Of a stretch of DNA of 64,000 bases, positions 49,001 to 64,000 are shown piece after piece. Numbering within the stretch: position 1 is the stretch's first letter; every line of letters starts with the position of its first letter. The DNA is taken from contig CM074815.1 of assembly GCA_037447605.1 (NCBI GenBank), positions 1,612,001 through 1,676,000 on the forward strand, in the 5' to 3' direction. The notes under the pieces were generated by a model, which did no database searches, was not told the DNA's origin, and saw only the letters and a program-made list of their open reading frames with translations. The stretch is from Zygnema circumcarinatum SAG 698-1b (Eukaryota; Plantae; Zygnematophyceae). A program made the position numbers and the translations under genes.

Positions 49001-49711
49001 TGCCTTGTAGTGCTTCAATATACGCAGCGTAGCATTCAGCTTTGACATAATTCGAGGTGGCTCTATTTCCTTCGCCTGCGCGCCCCCTGCTGAAACCGCG
49101 TCAGTAAGGTACCCTCCTTGGTACGATCACCTTCTCCAGCAACAAGTGATATTCTTGAAGGTCGCTTCCCGATAAAAACAAAAAACAAAATCTGCACATC
49201 AGTGTTTCAAGCGGACAACTAAACCAGGAAAATGTACGTCTCTCTCCCACGATCCTTTCACCTGGCAATGTGCAGATCCGTTGTTATGCACACCGGCTGA
49301 TCCAGCTGGCTTGCTGCTTTCTCCGCCGGACCTTGCTCCTCCATTTGAGACGGAAGCCGGTTTGGCAGACGTGCCTTGGCCCCCCGCAGAGCCTTTCTTC
49401 TTGGGACTCCCAACAGCTGCTCCATTGGAAGCCGCCTTGGAGTCCTTAGGCCACTGAACTCCAGACTGCTTCAGGACAGAAAATGGCGACGACTCTTCCC
49501 CCTTCCTCCCCTTCGCAGCGACAACTGTCACCACGCGGGGACAAGAAAGAGAAGAAACCTTTATCCTGGACAGCCCTCTCTTCCTGCAAACACTGCTTCC
49601 AAAAAATCCTGAGCGGCAAATGCACTCCTTCCTCCGCCAACTCTTCTGAAGCAGACTCTCCGCATCCGTCCTGCTCCGCAACCTTAAGGCTGGAGGAGGC
49701 GAAACATCCAT
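46011..49711 (-). CDS. YacP/Rae1-like NYN-domain ribonuclease with a probable plastid transit peptide (multi-exon). Exon 1 49262-49711, exon 2 49004-49075
   Basis: EPPRIMSKL..., ATSYRKKKPDK, PVLLVDGYNICGYWPRLKRYF...ARMRLL, VVFTASEADAWIEKEV, GCPRVWVATSD, GAIVWSAGYLVSE, KGKLLEHRLD match plant YacP-like proteins; Ser/Arg-rich N-terminus. Confidence 0.92.
47885..48010. repeat. (GAAAA)n-type purine tract in a YacP intron
   Basis: Direct reading. Confidence 0.85.
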
Positions 49712-50044
49712 AAGCTCCGCCTATCACTCCCTCCCTCCCACTAACCTGCGACCAGATTCGCCATGTTTATCCAGTCGCCTCGCACCTTCATTCACTCTCT
49801 CACTCCCTAACCCTCCTCTCTCCCTCACTTCCTCCCTCCGAGCTCCATGCAGCCGCTCTTGGTTTTCCCGCCTCCCTCCCTCCCTCAGCGCCTCCCCCCG
49901 TCCCCGCCGCTGCCGTCCGCCCCGCCAGCCAGTGCCGCCGCGGCGCGCCACGTGCCGCGCTGGCCCTGCCCGCCGGGCGCCCGAGCGGGCGCGTGGCCGC
50001 CCGTGCGCCGCAGCCTCGCCGCGGCCCGCGCAACGGCTCACCCG

Positions 50045-50468
50045 CCCATGGCCATGGGGGCCATGGAGGCCATGGAAAGAGGCATGGGGGCCAAGGGGGC
50101 CATGGAGGCCATGGGCTGCATAGGGGGCATGGGGGCATGGGGACAGGGGGGCCATGGAGGCCATGGCAAGCAAGCGGGCCATGGAGGCCATGGGAGGCAT
50201 GGGGGGCATGGGGGGCACGGAGGCCATGAGAGACATGGGGGGCATGGGGGCGGGGGGCCATGGAGGCCAGGAGGCATGGGGGGCAATAGGGGCATGGAGG
50301 CATGGGGGGCATGGGGCATGTGGGCCATGGAGGCCATGGGAGGCATGGGGGCCATGAGGGGCATGGAGGCCATGGGGCCCATGGAGGCCATAGGAGGAAT
50401 AGGGGCCATGGGGGCATGGGGGCCTATGAGAGATGATGATGAGAGGCCCCCATGCCCCCATGGCCATG
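50045..50468. repeat. Degenerate GGCCATGG/GGGGCATG minisatellite
   Basis: Dozens of 8-10-bp variants (ggaggccatg, gggggcatg); it produces the MAPMPPM/PWPP ORFs. Confidence 0.9.
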
Positions 50469-51395
50469 CATGCTGATGGTGACGGCTTGATGGCACGATC
50501 TGAACAATCCAATCAGTGAATGCCACGTAGGATTGCGGCATCCAAAGCGCGAGCACCGATTGGAGAATTTAGGCGGTGGGCGATCGTAGAAAATCAACAC
50601 CTGCGAGCACAATCTGCCACGTGGCTCTCGTCCATTCGGCCACTCGACCTCCATAAAAAAATTCTGCACAGCGGTAAAAGTCAATCCGACGTGGCGTGCC
50701 ACGTTACCAGCTCCGTGAGGTCCTGTTATTCGTACAGTTCCCGTTGGTTGCATGTACAGTACAGTATTGTACACGACAACCAACAGGAACTGTACGAGTA
50801 ACAGGACGGAGCTGAATTCAAGCCGTGGCACAGAACGAGCGTCGCCGCATGGAACCGCAGTTGTCGCAAATCGAACTCGCACATAGAACAGCGTCTAAAG
50901 GCTGTCCATTTCTGGATCGTCCTGCACTCTCACAAGGAGCGTTTGCTCCTTGTGACTGGTTGGAGGTAAAATGGAGCAAATCGATGACACAAAAAACACT
51001 AAAGGCCCGACACTGGGGCCAACCTCCCACGACCCATGATGACCATGCCACCCCAACATTCTACCGAGTTACAAAACAGTTTGCGGCAGTTTTTGCATTC
51101 GCTTTGCAAAAAAGTTGGGAAGTAGGCTTCTCAAGCTTTCCCAATGCCGCCACTATCCAGCAATCCCATTAGACGAGCCAAATTTTGGAGCCTCGTCTAA
51201 ACAATTCATGTTTTTGAGAGATGTGACACTCGCCAACAACAAGCACAGTGCTTTGCTGGTCTTCTTCATACGTGAGCACCAAATTTACATCCACTATTTC
51301 GCCATACCTATGGCAAGGGACACGGGTCTCTCTCAACATGGGGCTTCAAACTTAACGAGAAGTGCCTTAGGGGCAAGAGAAGTTTCGACGAAATG

Positions 51396-51535
51396 GACAT
51401 GAAGGCATGGGGGGCATGGGGTCCATGGGGCGTTGCTATTGTGCAATGGCCGCATGGTCCCCCATGGCCATGAGCCCTTGAGGCTGTCCTGGATGGCCAT
51501 GGCAGGATGGGGGCATGGCCATGTGTGCATGGCCG
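51396..51535. repeat. Second, more diverged patch of the CCATGG minisatellite
   Basis: ggcatggggggcatgggg, ccccatggccatg, ggccatggcaggatgggggcatggccatg. Confidence 0.75.
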
Positions 51536-52132
51536 CAGGAGCAACGGTCACATCTCCGTCACGCGTCACTTGACGCGTGGTGAGGGCGGGTTGTGCCAAT
51601 GGTTGGCGCAAAGTTCGTCCATCTCCATGTGGGTGGCATGGCAAGCTCGAGGACCACAACGGTCGCCAGGCTCGTCGGATTGTGTCGTCCTTTCCTTTAC
51701 TTTGGTGGAGGTGTTGAGCTTCGGGTCAAGGTGGCGGAGCTATGTTTTTGGTCTCTAAATCGAGGACGAACTGAGATCACAACGTGACTAAGCTATGAAT
51801 AGAGAAATAATGCATGGATAACAACACAACACATAGAAATACCGCGAGTAAGCTATAGGGAGAATGGCAGCAAGCTAGGCAAAATCCGACGGATGAAGCC
51901 AAACAACATGCAGTAATCACCAGTTCCGTGAAAGGTACGAGCACAAGGGATTGGAACATCAGAACGCATGCAACTGCGGGGCCTTTGGAAGGGAAGGGGA
52001 GAAGACTTTGCTGGCCATGCATTCGCACCCACTACGAACGATGGCGGCCTGCAAGCATTGAGCTTTGAACTTGCAAGCGTGGAGCAACGCGGGTTGGGGC
52101 CAGCAGTCCTCTCCCGAGTCCCTGCCGACGCA

Positions 52133-52166
52133 AAGTCAAGCCAAGTCAAGTCAAGTCAAGTCAAGC
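52133..52166. repeat. (AGTCA)n pentanucleotide repeat
   Basis: caaagtcaagccaagtcaagtcaagtcaagtcaagc. Confidence 0.9.
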
Positions 52167-53625
52167 AAGTCTTTTGCTTGACTGCAAAGGAGCTGGAGCC
52201 ACCTTTCTTCCATGTCCTCCTTCTGAGCATCCCCGGCAGAACCATTCTAAGGCTGCGTCCCCATGGTTCAACATCCTTCAGCTGAATGAACCACTCCAAA
52301 TTCGGGATTCGGTTCTTTTCGCACCCGAATAGAAAAATGAGATAAACTACCGAGACATTTTGAACCAATTAAGCACCGAAACGTGGCACATTCGACCGAA
52401 TCAACGTCTCGTCGGACAAGTCCAACATTTTGCGGGCACTCCAGCATTCGGCCTCGTGTTTCCGAGGTGTCACGTGGATGACACGTGTCGCTTTCTCGTT
52501 GGCGCGAAAGCTGCGGCAAAAAAAAAAAAACACCTTTGGCATTCAGAAGCTCGCACGTGCGCACGATTTTCATTCAACCAGTTGAAGCGAGTTGGAAAGT
52601 TGTGAACCTCTCCGCCGCAGCAGTTTCCAACTCCGGAGGTTCGACCGCCTCCAAAAGTTGAACCCTCAAAACGCGCCGTTGGGGTCCGCAGAAACCGCGC
52701 CCGTGTGGCCGGGTCGCGACAAAGCACACCCCCCCCCACACACACTCGTCCCTCGACCTCGACTCGAGTGCGAGCGCGACCTCGTCTCCACACTCCACAC
52801 GGCACTGCAAGAAGAGAGGACCACTCGCCACGCGTGCGCGCCGCTCACAGTCCGACCACGGAGGAACCAAGTGCTCCGCTATCTTGCCACGCGGCATCCA
52901 ACCATTGGCTCCAACAGTGCAGTGCTGGCTCCAACGACAGAGCCGCCAGGCCGCCCTCCCCCGCGCCGCCCTGCGCCGGTTGCGCCTCGCATCAACGAAA
53001 CGCGGCCAGCGGGCAGGCAGGCGCCCGCCGGCGCGCAGACAGAACGGCCTGCGGACGTACAGGCCGTAGGCCGCACCGTTGTGATACTTGCGTACGGACG
53101 GCACAGCCTTGGCGCGTACGGACGCCGGGGCCCAGATCTCGCTGACCTTGCAACAGAGGCTCTATTCGCTCCGCAAACCGACAAACAGTAGATATTTGCT
53201 CAACGAATCACGCACCCTCGCCGAGCGGTCTGCCGTTTTTGTCGGAACCCATTCCCTCCAGCTGACTTTTGATTGTCGCGTAGCGCCACTTGACGCGCCG
53301 TGCCTGTTCCGCAACTGAGCAGCCGCGCCGAATCTGATATTTTCAAACGCCACGTCATACAGAATCCTCAAACTCGTCGTCACATACACAAGATCCCAAT
53401 TTACGTCAGCTTCCCGCCACAAGATTCTCAGCCGTACGCCCAAACAGAATCCCATCTCCATCATATCACAGATCCGATCCCGTCTCCCCCCTCCCCACCC
53501 GCCACGTGGCACCCACGGCGCCGCCCGATCATCTAATCCCGGGCGCGGCGCGCAGTGCCGCCTCCGCCAATAAGAGCGCAGCCGCGCTCCCTCCCTCCGG
53601 CACCTTCCCCCCCTCCTCCCCTGCC

Positions 53626-54922
53626 ATGTCACGTCCCCTCCCGGCCCTCCCTCGGGCTCCGGCCCTGGCCATGGCGGCGCTGCTCCTCCTCCTCCCCCTC
53701 GGCGCACAGGCCGCGGTCCTGGGCGGGTGCAACGTGTGCTCCATCGTGGTGTGCCCACCCTCCTCGAGCTGCGCTGTGGCGCCGCCCTGCTCGCCGCTCT
53801 GCCTCTGCGCGCCCGGCTACCGCGCCGTGGGGGGCCGCTGCGTGGGAGGGGGAGGGCCGTCGCCGGTTCCCGTAGGGGCCGGTAAAGGTGAGTGCAATGG
53901 CTCCGGATTCTGAGGAAATATGACATACGGGGTGTGAGCCACGCATAGCAATGGTTCCATCAGCCGTATGCATCCATGCATGCATGCGATGATGATGCAG
54001 CAGCTGACGCATGGCCTGTGCTGAGTGCAGGTTCAGGGGGCGTCTCCGCCTCCGCCTGCCTTCCGCTGCACAACTCTGCACGCGCCGCCGTGAAGGTCCC
54101 CCCTCTCAAATGGAGCACTGCAGGTCTCTGCTCCCCCCCTCCCCCCCCCCCCCCNNNNNNNNNNCCCCCCCCCCCCCCCCCCCCCCCGCCACAGGCCCTC
54201 ACAAAACATCATCCCTTGACAACAAAAAACGGAAAACAAAACTTTTATGTGAATTTCTATCGATTTTTTTCCTTTCCTGAAACTAATCCAAACCCACTGG
54301 TCCTGTGCAAACGCCGTGAACTGCGGGAGGGTGTGTGTGTGTGTGCAGCTGCCTCTAATGCGCAGGCGTGGGCGAGCCAGCTGGCGGCGGGGGGGCGCTG
54401 CCTGAGCCTCGTCCATGGCGGCCTCGCGGGCATGGGCCAGAACCTGTACGGCAGCTCGGGGCCCTCCACGTGCGCGGTCGCCGTCAAAGCGTGGACGGAC
54501 GAGGCCGCGCTCTACTCGTACTCGCTCTTCGACGCGCCCGGAGGCTCCGGCTGCAGCACGGGGCGATGGGAGGACTGCGGGCACTACACGCAGGTGGGGA
54601 GGGAGGGTGGGAGGAAGGGAGGGAGGGAGCGAACTAGAAAGCAGGAATACAACAGATATTTTTCAAATGCGGCACTCTCTTGGGGAGTAAGGCTAGCTTT
54701 TACGCTTACATTGCTAAAGGTTACCTTTGGGTTTGGCTCTTTATATGTACGTTGTATCTTTGTATGTTGACTCTCCGATTTTTGGATGTGGGATACTCTC
54801 AGGTGGTGTGGCGGGCAACGACAGCTGTCGGCTGTGGGATGGCTACGTGTGCAGGTGGCGGGAGTGTGTGGGCTTGCGACTACACGCCGGCGGGAAACGT
54901 GGTGGGAGAGTATCCGTACTAG
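53626..54922 (+). CDS. Secreted CAP/SCP (PR-1-like) protein with an N-terminal Cys-rich EGF-like module. Exons 53626-53887, 54031-54123, 54349-54593, 54803-54922
   Basis: Signal peptide (MAALLLLLPLGAQA), Cys module CNVCSIVVCPPSSSC...CLCAPGYRAVGGRC, CAP motifs HNSARAAV.VPPLKWS, GQNLY, GHYTQ|VVWRATTAVGCG and CDYTPAGNVVGEYPY*. Intron 2 contains a poly-C tract and an N gap. Confidence 0.9.
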
Positions 54923-56246
54923 CGGGAGAGCTCATCTCCCTAGCTATGCGGACCTTCACGCTAAAGAAAAATTGCTGCTTTATGTTATCGTGTTGAGGTA
55001 GAGATTGAGACGGACAGGCGTGGAGACGCGGAGAGGTGGTCGTGGAGAGGAGAGGAGTGGAGAGGTCTCTCCTCTCCTCTAGGAGAGGTCGGCGTTATCA
55101 AAAAATGAGAATGAAAGGAGAGCGTTCTTGGTGTAGGAAATGGACCAGGTTCAAAGAACCTGAAAATGATTGTACAGGAAGGACCTTTGTGGGAGAGAGT
55201 GGTAGGGACGCGATAGGCACTGGCTGCCATCTGCAGCTGAAGTTATCTGTCGCTCAAGTGTAATTTAAAAATCGATTATCAAATCAGATGTCTAGTAATA
55301 AAGGAACTCTCTGACAAGTACACGCCTGCTGAGGCGAGCATTGATTCGTATTTTTTGCACCGTCTTCCTTGTACTTGCGCTGAGCAGAAATTGAATTGTC
55401 TGCTGCCTTCACTGGAATCGAGTCGAGTACGTGTGCCCTAAGCATGGTTGATTTGGGTTTGCTTTGTTGGTGTATTCATGTGCTGCAACTCACGGTGCCT
55501 GCAGCTAAGGCATACGGGTACAGCTAAGATATTTTTTGCTGTTTTACTAAACTTTGCCGCCCAAACTCAAACCCAAATGATTCTTTGAAATCATGGAAAC
55601 CAAGGAGAAGATGTCGGCTCCCGCTTCCTCTCCTCCTGCCCCCCCCTTCTCTCTCTCTCTATCACTTTGGGAGACCTTACAGGCACAGGGGCGAGAAGCA
55701 GCGAGAGCAGTCAAGGAGCAACAAACGGAATAGTGAGCACAAAGGAAACCAAAAGAGTAGGAGAGGGAACGGAACAGCAAACCGGCCTCTCCCATTTTTA
55801 TTTGGTCAACGTCTAACTTTTTTCTTTTAGGTATTTTTGACGAAGTGTGCGGACACTGCCGAGAAGGAGGTAGTGAGTTTTGACTAATGACTTGGCTAGC
55901 TTCGCTAAACTCCCATCGCCCAAAAGCAGAACTACGGCGAAGAAGTAAAAAGCCCCAAGGGCATAGCCAGCACAAATTCGCATCGCACAGTTCCTCCTGC
56001 AAGGACTCATCTGTCTCCTTTCATTGCACACTGGCACATTGTGCGTTATAAGTTTCCACAGAAAACATCGAAGATCCTCTTACTAGTGAGAACTTCTGTC
56101 CGACAACCTGTAGAACACGGCGTACAGAGTTCAGGAAAATCCTAATGGTACACTTATACTCACCCCGCCAACAATTGTCAAGATTTTTCTGCCCTAAGTA
56201 TGGCTGACCCTTCCAGGTCCCCTCTACTGTACAGAGCGTTGGGGTT

Positions 56247-61194
<4,948 letters not shown>

Positions 61195-61652
61195 AGTCCT
61201 CTGCAGAACAAGTCCGAAAAGTATGCATCAAAGATAGAAAACAAAAGCAATTGAATAATATTTTAGGACCTCCAATGCGTCTCTCTCAATATCAGGCAAC
61301 AGCTGCAGGAATCCTGAAGGTCAAACATTCGGGACCATCCAGAGGTCCACGTTCACATACAACAAGCATCAAATCATACCTGCAGAAATGCTTCCTCTTT
61401 CAAACGAGGCAATTGTGGCTCCTGCTTGACAGCTCAGCCTCAGGGTAAGCCCTTGCAGAAGGGGATCATCAGAAGGCTGCAAGCCTCCTGTTACTTGACA
61501 GGTCTTTTGGTGCAACGTCACATCTTGTACGGTTCGTACAAATAGTCTCCTGTTGCCTAACAAGCGTTCGGAGAAACCGTTGGCCCGAGCGTGGGCGCCG
61601 ACACGACTGTCCGCGGACGTCGACATTCGATTGGCCGCCCGGACCTTTTCTT

Positions 61653-61703
61653 GCCACGTGGCGTGCCTTGGCAGGCGTGACAGCCAGGCGCACGCCACGT
61701 GGC
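61653..61703. promoter_or_regulatory. Two palindromic G-box/ABRE-like GCCACGTGGC motifs upstream of the GH1 gene
   Basis: Exact 10-mers at 61653-61662 and 61694-61703. The same 10-mer occurs at 26522 (upstream of VPS13X) and 53501 (upstream of CAP). Confidence 0.45.
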
Positions 61704-61784
61704 ACGTCTCTAACGGCAATCTGTATCCGTACGTAGCTGCGTGGGCGCCGTACAAACTGTTCAGGTCGTACTCCAAAAAGATTG

Positions 61785-61915
61785 TTGCCAATGGTTGGCA
61801 GCCATTGGATGCGTCCAATGGCTAGCAACCATTGATGGCCATTGATGGGTGGACGAGCCAACCATTGGCAATGGTTTAAACTGAGAACCATTCGATTGCT
61901 TGCCAACCGTTTCAA
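61785..61915. repeat. Second cluster of the CCAATGGTTG-N-CAACCATTGG palindrome family
   Basis: ccaatggttggcagccattgg (61788-61808), ccaatggctagcaaccattg, ccaaccattggcaatggtt; same motif as 1612-1912. Confidence 0.7.
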
Positions 61916-64000
61916 TGGTCGCGAAGCACTGGCGTCTGTCGTACCAAGTCAATCATTGGCACTGGTTAGCAATAAATCTAAACTGTAAGTACGGAGCCAT
62001 GTTCTAACAAAGATCAACCCGGCAAAGAAGGGAGAGGCACCGCCAATGACCTTGACTTGTTATAAGTTTGCACTCCTTGTGAGATGTCTATTCCCATTCT
62101 GTGGTGGTTAATAGGTCAAATCTAACGAATTTGTGGAGCAAGGTTGTGTTCAACACAATCATGCATCCAGCATGCGGCAGTGCGGGAACCATCTCTTACT
62201 CGTACTCAGGCGAACTCTAATCAACTCTCACAGCTACTATAGAATTAATCATCTTGGCTTTCACCATTGCCCAGGTGCCCGCTGATTCATGCCAGCGAAA
62301 GCAAAATCATCATAAAGTTTCGGTACTCATTTCCCTGCTGAGCTTCCTCCAATTTATTGATAGCGCAGTAGATGCTTGTGCCATGGATTGCGCACTCGGA
62401 GCATGCAGCCGCCACGGGAAAGCAATGATTTCGTGTGGAATGTGATGATGTTGATGCTTGGATATCCGCCAATCCTAGGCTCCTTATTGAGGGAAGGCTG
62501 TGCTATGCTTCGGAACGAGCTCAATGAATTGTACCTTCAAACAACTGTCGAGCGCATTACTGTTTGAGTCCTGCATAGAGCGCCGCGGCACCAATTCCTT
62601 CCTGCTGCAGTTTGCATAAAAGGAGCTGCAGCCAGCGAACAGCTCCAAACATACACCAATTCATCCTTTGGACCAATTCCATCATTACGAGACACAGCAT
62701 ACTTATCGAGAAGAACATAAAATACCGTATGTTGTCAATGCTCTCGAGTAACTGAATTCATGAATAGTAATGTAACTCTCCCATGAGCCAGGGCAGAGTT
62801 CAAAACAAGCGTTCAACAAAGCGAGTCAGCCTGCTCTTGCTGATCACAATGACCGGCGACAACAGTCTCCTATGTCCTTTCCCCTCGCCCTGAAAGTGCC
62901 GGATCCAAGCAAGGAGCTGTCTCAACCTCCCCATCCATGCGTCTCCTCGCCCTCCGTGAGGATGCTTGCCATCAAAACCGCGACCATGCATGCATGCATG
63001 CCTCTCTCCGCTCGTCCCTCTCACTTCCCACCCCATCAAGTCCCCGAGCCTGATGCCACGCTCCGCCCATCGCCGGTTTGCTATTCAGCGCGGGCTGCGG
63101 GGGCGACTTCGGGTGGCTCGTTGGGGCGCCACGTGGACAAACAACCGCCCGTTTCTTTGTCGTATTGGACTGAGCTGGAAATGTCGCCATACCAAACGAT
63201 CTGATCAGAAACCCGCCAAACAAAACTGGTTTGTACCTGGCCACGTGGCGCCACCGGACAGCGGATTGTGGGTCCCACAATGCAGAATGGCCCGCAGTTA
63301 GAGCTGACGTTGACCCCCCTTGTAGGGGATACCGTACGGCAGCGAGTCGGTCCTTACTTGCCGTACGGACTGTCCTTGTGTCCAAGGCCCGGCAGTTGCA
63401 CATCCACGCCCCGGGGGGGGCCACGTGCCGAAGCCTGGTTCTCCGGCTGCAGTACCGTACGGCAAGAGTTCGGCCGAGGAACAGCGGGCCAGGCCAGGCC
63501 AGCGGCTGGCCAACTTGTACAATGATCATGGCCAGCTGGCCGACAAAACCGGCTGCCTGCCGGACAGGCAGAAAATCTGATGGCGAGGCTCTGGACGGCT
63601 GCCGGCCGGGAGGGTCGACCGCCGCCTGCTTCCTGATTCGACCGACATGTGCCGACTCTGGTGCCGGACAGGCATCGCGACCAGTGCTCCGACCGCAGCG
63701 GAGGGAGGGAGGGAGGAAGACGGCCAGACGGCCGGGCGGCTGGCTGGCCGGCTGGCCGGCGGGCGCTGGTGGTGGTCAGCCATGGCCACCCGTCAAAATG
63801 TTGTACGACATTTAATACTTAAATAGGCAATAACAGACGTAGGCTACTTGTGACCAGTTCTTCGTGGTTCCCAAGGCTAATTTTGTCCGTGTACACTTGA
63901 TGGTCTTGCCACTGTGAGATCAATGCTATTTCTTCCCCTTGAGGTCCCTTGAGGGATGTTTCAAAGCGAGCAAAGATGCAACAACAACAACACTACACAC

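Noticed and set aside
49724-50556. Pro/Met/Gly-rich ORFs (MAPMPPM..., PWPP...)
   Set aside because: Open frames on both strands arise from the CCATGG minisatellite; no domain or splice support.
52634-52652. tRNA T-arm-like hairpin ggaggttcgaccgcctcc
   Set aside because: The loop is 8 nt and no other tRNA arms are present.

Overview
Eukaryotic nuclear DNA with GT-AG introns, GA/TC-rich low-complexity tracts and two 10-N assembly gaps. Gene content points to the green-plant lineage, probably a streptophyte alga or non-seed plant (inference). Genes supported by the sequence, left to right: the 3' end of COMMD2 (+); WASH complex subunit CCDC53/WASHC3 (+, 7 exons); a ~20-kb plant-type VPS13X lipid-transfer gene (-); an intronless 746-aa protein with a helical N-cap, ~10 LRRs and a class-3 lipase domain with an intact-looking triad (-); a decayed lipase-only copy of that gene enclosed by ~0.8-kb inverted repeats; a universal stress protein (+); a plastid-type YacP/Rae1 NYN nuclease (-); a secreted EGF-like + CAP/PR-1 protein (+); and a GH1 beta-glucosidase (-). 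Intergenic DNA carries palindromic motif arrays, GTAC/SBP-site clusters, G-boxes and mini/microsatellites. No rRNA, tRNA, CRISPR array or intact transposase was recognised. The strongest lead is the LRR-lipase locus: a possible sensor-effector protein with bacterial-effector-like features, next to a hairpin-forming pseudogene copy. The second lead is the COMMD2-CCDC53-VPS13X endosomal-trafficking neighbourhood. All family assignments come from remembered family motifs, not database searches.
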